From NCBI GenBank assembly GCA_002269645.1, contig NIVC01004801.1:1-34810 (forward strand): DNA of 34,810 bases. The letters run 5' to 3'. The stretch is from Macrostomum lignano (Eukaryota). Positions 21,995-33,143 of this stretch are shown piece by piece. Numbering within the stretch: the stretch's first letter is position 1; each line of letters opens with the position of its first letter. Under the pieces are notes generated by a model. It saw only the letters and a list, made by a program, of their open reading frames with translations, did not search any database and was not told the DNA's origin. The position numbers were made by a program, and so were the translations under genes.

Positions 21995-23202
21995 CGAGGC
22001 CAACTCCTCCGATGGAGGAGAAAGGGGAAGAACTCCCATCACCGGAATTCCATTCCCTGAAACCCCTTAGCTGAATCCCATGACCCGAATCCCATCATCA
22101 AAACATCTTCAAATCCATCAAACTCCTCTCCGCGAAACAGAAATCCTCTCCGTGAAACTGAAAACCATCGAAATCCTCTCCGTAAAACTGGACTCAATCG
22201 AAATTTTCTCCGTCAAAAAGAACTCAACTCTCAGGGTTCAGTGCCATCAGTGGTCTAGGGTTAGGGTTAGAGCTGCACAGAGCTGCGGGTTGAAGGCGCC
22301 GATAAGAATATTGAATTAATTGAATCAATTTATTGCGCAACCGATTTCTCATTTAGTCAGTATCAGGCTCAGGTAAAGTTAACAAAATGATTGCGCAATC
22401 TAAATCAACCCTCCAATACACAGTGGCAGTAAGAAGTTGAACCCTTCCCATAACTTTATCTATTACGTCTCGCGAAACTAAGTGTAATCTTTGCAGAAAG
22501 TTAAAAGTTCGGAAATAGTTTTTGAATGCTGTCCTTTTTGTTTTCATATTTAAAGCAAACAACTTATAGCTCCAAACTCAGTGTTGCAAGCTCTTTCCGG
22601 CAATATAAGTTTTTTCTCTTAAAGTTTAGAACTCGAGGAGCAGTTAGCGTTTACAACTTTCCGATTTAAAGCATTGAAATATCGAGTGTACGCTCACCGC
22701 CTGTTAAAGCGACTCGCAAGTTATGCAATGAATTTAACTGTCCTACAATACACAGGCTTCATATTGAAAGGCAGAACAACTTAACAGTAGCCAAATCATT
22801 GCGCAATCATCTATACAGTGCGCCAGTGAGCTAGGGTCCAATTGTACACACGCAGCCACTTAGAACGCCCCATCCCCCAACTGGAGAGAAATGCACTGGC
22901 GAGATAGGAGAAAGTTATGGCGCAAGCAATCAAAATTGATGCATTTTATCAGCTCCGAGCAGAAAGAGGGGACAAATAAGATTATCAAAGGTCAAGATTG
23001 CAGTTTTCTGCTTTTTTAGGGATCTTAAAATGTGAAAATAAAAAATTGAAATAGCCCACTGCAGTCCCCGGAAAATTTGCAGTTTACCCATATAAGTTTC
23101 AACGCTGACTTGCAAGTATTCTAGGAGGAGTTATGCAACACACAAACAAACAGACAAACAAACAAACAATCATCGCACCAACTTTAGTATTAGGAGAAGA
23201 GA
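21995..23202 (-). repeat. Array unit 5 (1208 bp)
   Basis: Near-identical to unit 7: identical translated ORFs at an offset of 2665 bp. Confidence 0.9.
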
Positions 23203-24659
23203 CGAGGCCAACTCCTCCGATGGAGGAGAAAGGGGAAGAATTCCCATCACCGGTACTCCATTCCCTGAAATGCCATTCCCTGAATCCCATCATCCAACTC
23301 CTCTCCGCGAAACTGAACATCATCGAAATCTTCTCCGTAAAAGAGAACTCCATCAAACACCTCTCCGTGAAACTGACATTCATCAAAATCCCCTCCGAGA
23401 AATAGAAATCCTCTCCGTGAAACTGGACTCCATGGAAATCCTCTCCGTGAAACTGACATTCATCAAAATCCCCTCCGAGAAACAAAAATCCTCTCCGTGA
23501 AACTGGACTCCATGGAAATCCTCTCCGTGAAACTGACATTCATCAAAATCCCCTCCGAGAAACAGAAATTCTCTCCATTAAACTGGACTGAATCGAAATT
23601 TTCTCCGTAAAAAAGAATCAACTCTCAGGATTTAGTGGTTAGGGTTAGGGTTAGGGTTAGGGTTAGAGCTACAACGCAGCAGCGTGTTGAACCAATTGAA
23701 TTAATTGAATGCGCAACCGATTTCACAGTCAGTCAGTATCAGTCTCGGTAAAAAGTTAACAAAAAGATTGCGCAAACTAAATCAACCCTCCAATACACAG
23801 CGACTGACCCCCTTCCAATACGCAGTGGCAATTAAAAGTTGAACCCCCCCCCTCCCACCAACTGTTGGGGGGTTGGTCGAACCCCCATTGAACTCCAAAT
23901 TGAGTACACTGCCGAAAGTTAAAAGTATGGAAATCGTTTTTTAAATGCTGTGCTTTTTGTTTTCACATTTAAAGCAAACAACTTATATCCCCGAACTCAG
24001 TATTGCAAGATCTTTCCAGTAATATAAGTCTCTCCTCTGAAAGTTTAAAACTCGAGGAACAGTTAGCGCTTGAAATTTCCTGATTTAAAGCATTAAAGTA
24101 TCGAGTGTACGTTCACAGCCTGCTAAAGAGGCTCGCAAGTTTATTCATTAAATTTTACTGCCCAGCAAATACACATGGCTGCCTATTGAATGCCGCCGAT
24201 AATAAAACCAATTAAATCTCGACACAGTCCTAGCTATCTCCTTACACTGTACAACTGCTATGTACACTCAGCCCAAGCCCAACCCCCTCCCATTCCGGGG
24301 GAATCGTTAAATTTAATTGAACCCCCAACACGCGGGGGGGTTATTTGCATTGAACGCGTAACACGCGCACCCACCACCCCTCAATACACAGCGGCCCGCG
24401 GGCGGAGGTTGGGGTGGCTATTTTTACAAACTGGCTGCAGCCCCAGTCAGAGTGGCCAAAGAAGGTTATTGAGGGTTAAAAAAACAGTTTTCTGCTTTTT
24501 TAGGGATCTTAAAATGTAAAAATGAAAGATTAAAATAGCTATAAACCCAATCCGGAAAATTTGCAGTTTTCCCATATAAGTTTCAACGCTGACTTGCCAG
24601 TAGTCTAGGAGAAAAATTGCAACACACAAACAAACATCGCACCACTTTTAGTATTAAGA
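23203..24659 (-). repeat. Array unit 6 (1457 bp)
   Basis: Shares the ATAATAAAACCAATT...GGAGGTTGGGGTGGC module with unit 1. Confidence 0.9.
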
Positions 24660-25906
24660 CGAGGCCAACTCCTCCGATGGAGGAGAAAGGGGAAGAACTC
24701 CCATCACCGGAATTCCATTCCCTGAAACCCCTTAGCTGAATCCCATGACCCGAATCCCATCATCAAAACATCTTCAAATCCATCAAACTCCTCTCCGCGA
24801 AACAGAAATCCTCTCCGTGAAACTGAAAACCATCGAAATCCTCTCCGTAAAACTGGACTCAATCGAAATTTTCTCCGTCAAAAAGAACTCAACTCTCAGG
24901 GTTCAGTGCCATCAGTGGTCTAGGGTTAGGGTTAGAGCTGCACAGAGCTGCGGGTTGAAGGCGCCGATAAGAATATTGAATTAATTGAATCAATTTATTG
25001 CGCAACCGATTTCTCATTTAGTCAGTATCAGGCTCAGGTAAAGTTAACAAAATGATTGCGCAATCTAAATCAACCCTCCAATACACAGTGGCAGTAAGAA
25101 GTTGAACCCTTCCCATAACTTTATCTATTACGTCTCGCGAAACTAAGTGTAATCTTTGCAGAAAGTTAAAAGTTCGGAAATAGTTTTTGAATGCTGTCCT
25201 TTTTGTTTTCATATTTAAAGCAAACAACTTATAGCTCCAAACTCAGTGTTGCAAGCTCTTTCCGGCAATATAAGTTTTTTCTCTTAAAGTTTAGAACTCG
25301 AGGAGCAGTTAGCGTTTACAACTTTCCGATTTAAAGCATTGAAATATCGAGTGTACGCTCACCGCCTGTTAAAGCGACTCGCAAGTTATGCAATGAATTT
25401 AACTGTCCTACAATACACAGGCTTCATATTGAAAGGCAGAACAACTTAACAGTAGCCAAATCATTGCGCAATCATCTATACAGTGCGCCAGTGAGCTAGG
25501 GTCCAATTGTACACACGCAGCCACTTAGAACGCCCCATCCCCCAACTGGAGAGAAATGCACTGGCGAGATAGGAGAAATTTATGGCGCAAGCAATCAAAA
25601 TTGATGCATTTTATCAGCTCCGAGCAGAAAGAGGGGACAAATAAGATTATCAAAGGTCAAGATTGCAGTTTTCTGCTTTTTTAGGGATCTTAAAATGTGA
25701 AAATAAAAAATTTAAATAGCCCACTGCAGTCCCCGGAAAATTTGCAGTTTACCCATATAAGTTTCAACGCTGACTTGCAAGTATTCTAGGAGGAGTTATG
25801 CAACACACAAACAAACAGACAAACAAACAAACAAACAATCATCGCACCAACTTTAGTATTAGGACAAACAAACAATCATCGCACCAACTTTAGTATTAGG
25901 AAGAGA
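24660..25906 (-). repeat. Array unit 7 (1247 bp; duplicated 5' terminus)
   Basis: Copy of unit 5 with CAAACAAACAATCATCGCACCAACTTTAGTATTAGGA present twice (~25830-25901). Confidence 0.9.
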
Positions 25907-27119
25907 CGAGGCCAACTCCTCCTCTGGAGGAGAAAGGGGAAGAACTCCTATCACCGGAATTCCATTCCCTGAACTCCATCAGCTAGATCCCAAGACCCGA
26001 ATATCATCATCTAACTGTTCTCCAAAACCATCAAAATCCTCTCCGTGAAACTGAACACCATCAAAATCCTCTCCGCGAAACAGAAATCCTCTCCGTGAAA
26101 AAGGACTCAATCGAAAGTTTCTCCGTCAAACAACTGAACTCTCAGGATTCAGTGGTTAGGGTTAGGGTTAGGGTTGGAGCTTCACAGAGCTGCGTGCTAA
26201 AAGGCAGCGATAATAAAACATTGAACCAATTGAATCAATTGATTGCGCAACCGATTTCTCAGTCAGTCAGTACCAGTCTCAGTTAAAGTTAACAAAAAGT
26301 TGCGCAATCTAAATCAACCCTCCAATACAAAGCGACTGACCCCTTTCCTATACACAGCGCCAGTTAGAAGTTGAAACCCACAACTTTATCTCTCACCTCT
26401 CGCCAAAATGAGTACAATCTTTGCAGCAAGTTAAAAGTACGGAAATAGTTTTTTTGAATGCTGTGCTTTTTTTCACATTTAAAGCAAACAACTTATATCC
26501 CTGAACTCAGCGTTGCAAGATCTTTCCAGCAATATAAGTCTCTTCTCTAAAAGTTTAGAAATCGAAGAGCAGTTAGCGTTTGAAAATTCTTGATTAAAAG
26601 CATTCAAATATCGAGTGTACGTTCACTGCCTGCTAAAGTGGCTCGCAAGTTTATTCATTGAATTTCACTGCCCAGCTATTACACAGGGCAGCCTATTGAA
26701 AGGCAGAACACATATCATTGCGCAATTGTCTATACAGTCAGCCAGTGCGCAAGGGTCCAAGTGTACACACGCCGCCACTGAGAACGGCCCCATCCTCCGA
26801 CTGGAGAGAAAATGCACTGCCGAGATAGGAGAAAGTTGTGGCGCAATCACTCAAAATTGATACATTTTTCAGCTTCGAGCAGAAACAGGGGACAAATAAG
26901 ATTATCAAAGGTCAAGATTGCAGTTTTCTGCTTTTTTAGGGATCTTAACAATCGAAAATAAAATATTAAAATAGCCTATAGCCCGACCCGGAAAATTTGC
27001 AGTTTTCCCATATAAGTTTCGACGCTGACTTGCCAGTATTCTAGGAGAAAAATTGCAACACACAGACAAACAGACAAACAGACAAACAGACAAACATCGC
27101 ACCACTTTTAGTATTAAGA
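25907..27119 (-). repeat. Array unit 8 (1213 bp), followed by (GAAAA/GATAA)n stutter to ~27150
   Basis: Same termini as the other units; outer flank GAAAAGAAAAGATAAGATAAGATAAGA. Confidence 0.9.
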
Positions 27120-27365
27120 GAAAAGAAAAGATAAGATAAGATAAGACTAGACTATATGTATTCTAGCTTTTAACAACTTTTTGGACATAAATGAAGTTTA
27201 TTTAGTCTTTGGCCAGCTCAGTCCTAGAAAAGTGAGTTTGATTTAGTCAGCACTCGAGGTTTACCATAGACTATAGTAAAGAAATGAAATCGATTTAGTC
27301 AAGTGCCACGGATTTAAAACCTTCCATGACTTGATTTTAGTCAAAGTGAATTCCATTTAGCCATC

Positions 27366-27510
27366 ATGGCGGCAGCTGCAGGCATTCACAGAGTCACTAT
27401 CTCTGAGCAGGACCAGCGAAGACTCATCGACGTCTTTATTGACAATGCCGATTGGCAGCAACTAGCGAGACAGCTAAACATTCCACGTCAGTATGCCAGA
27501 AATGTTCTGC
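27366..27510 (+). pseudogene. N-terminal HTH fragment of a Tc1/IS630-like transposase (deletion derivative)
   Basis: TISEQDQRRLIDVFIDNADWQQLARQLNIPRQYARNVL aligns by eye with RISSVDRSRLVRCFQQGRDWRQLAIELDIKRTIASDII at 12327. Flanked by CCATAGAC (27264) and GTCTATGG (27630). Confidence 0.7.
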
Positions 27511-28300
27511 ACCAAAGCAAACTGAAATGTTGGAAAACGAAATTGCACTACAGAGATAGGCACATGTCTAAAATAAGATAGGCACATGACTTCACTTCCA
27601 CTTTTGACAAAGTCCACTTCATATCAACAGTCTATGGTCCAGACCTATTGAAACTCCGATTCACTATCGTCAAAGTGACGTCCAACAGTCAACATGCACT
27701 TTATGGTGTAGTTATAAAGGGAAAAAGCGCACGCGGCCCACAGATCGAACTCTTTAATTAGCATCTGGGACTGGAAACGAGTTTTCCACTTTTTACCTCA
27801 TGAGGCCACGCACAAAATGAAGTTGTTCGTAATATAGATAAGCCAAGCTGCCAACAGAAGAATTTTTTTGCTATTTTTTTCATTTAATAAGTAGAAGAGG
27901 CTTTTTCGAAGCTCGAAGGCTTCTCCTCTGTTCGCTGTTCCTCACTAAGTTGTCTCGCTGGGTCTTGTCTTGTTTTGTCTTGCGGTCTTGCCTTGTGTTG
28001 CATTGTTTTTTTAAATGATAGATGCGGGACGACTGATGAACATATATTTTAAACGGCTTTTGCGAAATTGACTGCTCGCGGGATCAAATCGATTGGAACG
28101 ATTAGACAGCATTGGACATAGAACCTCAAAGACCCTCAGACTTTGTGTAGTTTTAACATTCAGGACTAAGTTGACTGTTAGCAGGACCAAATTGAGTGGG
28201 AAATTCAAATTCTGCGAAGTAAGTTTAGGTTTTTCCAAATTTTAGGGTCGGATGAGTTGATTAAAGTGCTTGCAAACCATCCTTGCACATCAACTTTCAG

Positions 28301-29766
28301 GAAAGTGCAGGAGATGCGAACGAGATGGAGGAAGCGCTTCTGATCGTAAAGCAGCGTCGACAGGGTAACGAGCCAGCAACCCAACCAGACTTTCTGCACC
28401 AAACGGGCTCGGTAGAGGATTCACCCAAGAGGCAACTACGGGAGGTGGAGGCTGCGCATGCAGACACGATCCAGGAGCTAGAGAAGACGCGACAACTTTT
28501 GGAGGCGCAGTATCGTATAAACCTAGATATAAAGGAAAGCTACAGTCTAACGGAGCGCCAGATTGAAGAAATTAAAGTAGACAGAGATTCCAAGATGGCT
28601 GAGTGCAGCAAGTTGCTTGACATCCGAGCTGCAAGGATCCGGAAGCTAGAGCGGCAGCTTCGAGACGTCGCCTACGGCACGCGACAGTTTTCTATCGCTA
28701 CTTCCAGTCTAAATGAGGCGGAGGAAGCTGAGACATCTCAAGTTCGCCTGCAGAGCGGAGAAAACCTGGTGGAGATTCACATTGGTCACCTATTGCTGAC
28801 AGAGGAGGGTTTGCAGCTTCTGGGGGACCCAGAGCCAGCATTATTTTGCACCTGGGCTTTTTACACTTGCGAAATGCAAACCACTGAGGTAATTCAAAGC
28901 AACGATCCTGACTTTGACAAGACAGTTCAGTATGTTGTTAAGGTCGATGACTCGTTTCTACATTACGTGAATAAAGAAAAAATGAAGCTGGAGCTCTTTC
29001 AGGCTCACGGAATGGAATACAAATCGATAGCAGCGTGCAGAATATCAGTGCGTGAGCTGCTCGAGTCACAGCCCACAGTTCCTGTGCTTGGACAGGCAAC
29101 CCTTCTGTCTGAGACCGGCAATTCCGTAGGAGTTGTGGAATACCGGATGCGTATGAGGGTGCCAATGGAGCAGGCCATGCGGCTGTACAGAGAGCGGGCA
29201 AAGGCGCTTGGCTACATGTCAGCCAATCAGCAGGCCGCTGCCGATGGTCTCCGGGCTCTAGATACGTCTGCTGACCAGCGACGGGAAGCTGGAGGTGCAC
29301 ATCTGCTCGATGTGAAAGTGGTTCGCTGTCGAGATCTGAAAGCAAGACGACCTGGTGTACAGCCAAGTCCTTATTGCTCTTACAAGTTCTTTAGCTGCGA
29401 GGATGCGCTGTCACCAGCCATTCCAAACTCATGCGAGCCCGAGTTTCACTTCCATCAGCGCTTGGAGTTGCCGCCGGGACCAGCTCTGGACAAATACTTG
29501 CGCACTGCACAGCTCGCTGTCTGGGTTATTGACGAGGCCGACCCAAATGAGAGCGCTTATCTCGGCGTTGCCAAGGTGGACCTTGTGGGCCTGAGCCAAA
29601 ACAAGATGCTTCATGGGACTTACCAGCTACTTGATCCCAATGGACGGCCAAGCGGCACCGTTGACGTGGAGATTTCCTGGCACTTGCCGTATGCACCGAC
29701 TGGGGGTTGGAACGGACAGTCGGAGCCTCTGCCACTACTCGCAGAGGAAGCTGACCAGCTGAATGG
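28301..29766 (+). CDS. RPGRIP1L: RPGRIP1L exon 5 (last coiled coil, C2-N and C2-C domains)
   Basis: Acceptor ACTTTCAG|. Motifs KLLDIRAARIRKLERQLRDVAYGTRQF, GENLVEIHI, FCTWAFY..E.QTT, MRVPMEQAMRLYRERAKALGY and a second C2 (PSPYCSYKFF...YLGVAKVDL) are diagnostic for RPGRIP1/RPGRIP1L. Donor GG|GTAAGC, phase 2. Confidence 0.96.
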
Positions 29767-30642
29767 GTAAGCAAAAATCAATATTTTGTGTATAGCTTGA
29801 GATTTTACTGAATAATTTTCACAGCATTCATAGTGATTTCCAGTGAGTTATTTTGTTTTTAAGCTAGGTGACCTTGAAATTGAGTTATTAAAGTACGCAC
29901 AACTGAATACCTGGAATAATCCTAGCTTCCCACGATAAGTTGATAAACAAAATTTATCCTGTTTGCAACTCGGTGTTAAATAAAGAATATTCAGGCGTTA
30001 ATGCTTTTTTAAATCGTAGACGATTTTTCAAAACTGTGTTGAATGGCATCTTAATGGGTCACCAGAACAAGAAGTTTTCAAACTACTCTTCTGGGTAGAA
30101 TTAGCACCAGAGGTACAAACCAGAGATAAAAATGATCTGAACGACCCAAAAACATTTCGGCAGCTCACCTATATCTGACAAGGCCAAGTAAGAAAAAAGA
30201 ACGACTTGACTGGTGGTGCAATATATATGGTCAAATTAATGGGTATGCTATCAAGTTAGGACGAATAAGTGCGAGATGGTAAAAATTAAACACTTATGGC
30301 ATGCACTTTACCGACGTATGGCCCAAACAAGACAATGACAATCTCGTCCCTCCTTGGCGTATTCAACCTAAGGATTGGTACAAATAGGTCGGTTCGGGCA
30401 GATGTGATTGGCTCTAGCCGGCCTCTAGTGCAGCTGAACTACGAGCTATTTTTGGTGCTTGGAGGAGCTACTATGGGTTTTTGGATTGCATGCTTTGATT
30501 GATTTTCTGGAGAGCTACGAGCTATCAAATTTAAATGGGTCGTTTTTCTTAGGATGAAGATCGTTTTCAATTTTGATACGTTATCCTTATTATCTAGAAC
30601 TTCTTCTCAACGCAGTCTAAACTTATTCAGTATGAGTCTAAA

Positions 30643-30770
30643 AACTCGCGTTCACACCGCCATCAGATGAAGACAATTTTAGCGTGATTGCACAGCTTAT
30701 AATACTTTTTGGTCGCTTTGTAAATCAATTTGTGATTTGATGGTTTGTTTAATGGCGGTGTGAACGAGCC
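30643..30770. mobile_element. Small MITE, possibly PIF/Harbinger-like
   Basis: Inverted ends CGTTCACACCGCCAT (~30649-30663) and ATGGCGGTGTGAACG (30752-30766); the right end GAGCC is followed by TTA. The left terminus is degenerate. Confidence 0.5.
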
Positions 30771-30871
30771 TTAAACTGTCGAGGGTCGCAAGCGGGTATC
30801 GCAGACTGCCTTGGGGCTTGCAATTGTTGCAGCAGCACATTTAATTTTGTCTACCTAATAATATTGTGCAG

Positions 30872-31028
30872 AGTCCAAGGTGCAGAACTCGAGTCCGCCG
30901 GGCCACACCGGTCACAACAGACTACTGTTCAGCTACGTGAGCAGCGGTCGTTTACGGAGCCACGGCAGCAAAGATTGCAAAGCAACAACAGAGCGGACTC
31001 GGCAGTGGCTGAAGAGGAATGTTTAGAG
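30872..31028 (+). CDS. RPGRIP1L: RPGRIP1L exon 6 (linker; tentative)
   Basis: TTGTGCAG|A completes the phase-2 Gly. Open hydrophilic frame VQGAELES...AEEECLE, donor GAG|GTGGGT, phase 0. No conserved motif. Confidence 0.6.
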
Positions 31029-31735
31029 GTGGGTTGCCGCGTGGCTGGCGATTTCCGCTTTAATCAGCTTCCTAATCGTTCTCTGCACGTCGCCTGAGTC
31101 CATAGTTAATGAAAGATTTCACTAATAATGGCCCTACTACTTTTCGAGCGTAATTTTGCATTTTCGTTAGTCTACGCTCAAGAATATGAAATTCTACACA
31201 AATTAAACTGGGTGTTGATGAGCAGTTCTACAGGCTTCTGTAGGAAGCTTCTGGGTTCTACAGTAGAGTCTGGATCTGCAGGATGATAACAAAGATCGAC
31301 AGACAATGTGGTGGTGAGGCCGCAAGCTGAGCACTCCTAATAGAATTTTAGAAGCTGCACGTTTGCGTGCGACCCTCATTGAATATTGTTTTTTAAACAT
31401 AGGTATTATTATCATTTATTATTGGCATTCAGTTATTTCCAGTTGGATTTAAAACTATTTTCATGTCCTGTCATGGCCACTAAAACTCATATCCCGATAG
31501 AAAAAATGGTTTAAAATTAAAAAGCGCTACGCTCGTAAGATCGACCCTGGACTAAGATGGCTTTAAAACGTTCACCCTAAGCTTGTAGCTAACTGTTAGT
31601 CATGCTGTTTATATTCATTGGACTCGTCAGTTATCTGACATAACTTCTGGTTAAGAATTTAATCCACTTCATTGGAAATTGAAGTTTGACTGTGCAACTG
31701 CGCAAAAGCTTTAGACAGACTCAGCTTAATGCCAG

Positions 31736-31880
31736 ATGTGCCAATCTTATATTGAATGCCCTTCGAATTTCCAGCCTAAACCCGTCAATATCGATCAACC
31801 AAGCCTGTCGCAGTCCAACTTGGAACAGAAGCTGGAAAACACGGAGCCCAGGACTTTCGAGAACAATTTTAGCAAAGCTG
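31736..31880 (+). CDS. RPGRIP1L: RPGRIP1L exon 7 (linker; tentative)
   Basis: GCCAG|ATG TGC..., MCQSYIECPSNFQPKPVNIDQPSLSQSNLEQKLENTEPRTFENNFSKA, donor G|GTTAGT. Phase 0 to 1 bridges exons 6 and 8. The polypyrimidine tract is weak. Confidence 0.5.
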
Positions 31881-33143
31881 GTTAGTAGCGATTTTTTGAC
31901 GTTTGTTTGACGTTTTAAATCTTTTAGCAACAATTCAGTTTCGTAAAACTTGCCGAAATTATCGCAAAAGCTATAAAGTTAAATAAAACTATATTGAATA
32001 CTGTTGGTATAGCTTATAAAGCAAGATAATAACTGCAAAACTCCAATGCAGACACACGGCTCAATATTTATGCTGAAAAATTCCTTTAAACTTATCTATT
32101 TCTTCACCTAATTCTTAAGCTACTGGTCGGTTTCTTCTATAGTGAGTAGTAGTTGTGACGTGGCTTTTAAAACAAAAATTTTCACGGCATCCATGATTTT
32201 ATCCACTCTATTTTTATTATTCCCTAAAAATAAATCGAATAAAAGGGGCCACTTTAGGTCGAAATTCTTCCAAAATAGTGCATGTAATCTGACTTGGTAC
32301 TGGCTCAATCCTCTTATTATCCATCTGCATTCTTCACGCTCACGTCTCATTCCATTCGAAATCGTCACGGAAACCAAGCTCATGTTGCCAGACAGCTGCT
32401 GCCCGACTGACATGCCATCCAATTTAGTCGACTTCTTGAGCACCAGTCCATCTGAGCTGTCCCGGGTAAACAGCTCGTCTGCTAGGCCCGACAGGTCGTT
32501 GACATAGTCCTTGACAGGCACGCACGGAGATCAAGCGAAGATCAATATATTTTTATCCACAAAAATTAGAGCCTAAGAAAGAAATACCTGAGCAACCCAC
32601 CCTCTTCCCCTCAACACACACGACGCACACCACATAGCCACCCCACCCACCGGGCCGGGCAGAGGCAAAGGCCCCGGTCAGCTAAAATTGATTACAGAGC
32701 CAGTAAAAACCGGCTCTGAAATGTTGACCTTAGACTCCATCTTTATGTGGCATGACATAAAATCTAGCTCGATTGTTTCGATGAGAAAAGTGAGACGAAG
32801 AAATGATACAGATGCTGGATACTATGGGACCTTCTAGTTCTAGTAGATTTCATGATTCTATTGCGAGAAAATTCAACAAGGCGGTTATTTTTGTCGAGGA
32901 AAAGTTAGGGTTAGGAATTTCTGTGTTGCGGGTGCTTAGAGGGAGGGTATTGCAAGGGCCCACTAAAGAAATGACAAGACTACTGAAAGATATGGGAATA
33001 GAATAGATGTAAGGGCTTAAGGCCATTGTCAGTTGGGATTGTATGAACATGCTTGGTCAACAGTCACATTCATTTAACAGAGTCTGACGGGTTTGTTCTA
33101 CTGTGTTCCATATGTATTTTATAAATGTCACCCCGAATTTCAG

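Larger units (their letters stand above)
16347..27119 (-). mobile_element. Head-to-tail array of 8 non-autonomous Helitron-like units
   Basis: Each unit on the minus strand starts (TC)TTAATACTAAA + (TGTT/TGTC/TG)n and ends CTCCTCC-NNN-GGAGGAG-TTGGC-CTCG. No TSDs or spacer DNA between units. Confidence 0.8.
8702..28300 (+). other. RPGRIP1L intron 4 (19,599 bp), almost entirely transposon-derived
   Basis: GT..AG, phase 0. The flanking exons join as ...FFAQ|ESAGDANEMEEALLIVK, matching the family motif (Q|E.....ELSEALLLIK). Confidence 0.82.

Noticed and set aside
16467-27105. Recurrent short ORFs (MVKVRVRVRAT..., MTRIPSSKHL..., VSRRGF repeats)
   Set aside because: They recur only because the units are duplicated, derive from telomeric and satellite repeats, mostly use non-ATG starts and show no protein motif.
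16347-27119. SINE or Helentron/DINE-1 interpretation of the array units
   Set aside because: No Pol III A/B boxes, no TSDs and no sub-terminal inverted repeats were found. 5'-TC plus a 3' hairpin fits a canonical-type Helitron better, although this is not proven.
29768-29770. TAA as the RPGRIP1L stop codon
   Set aside because: It lies within the donor GTAAGC, and conserved RID-domain exons follow downstream.
32650-32705. GC hairpin followed by CTAA, resembling a Helitron 3' end
   Set aside because: The stem is imperfect and no matching 5' end was found; insufficient support.
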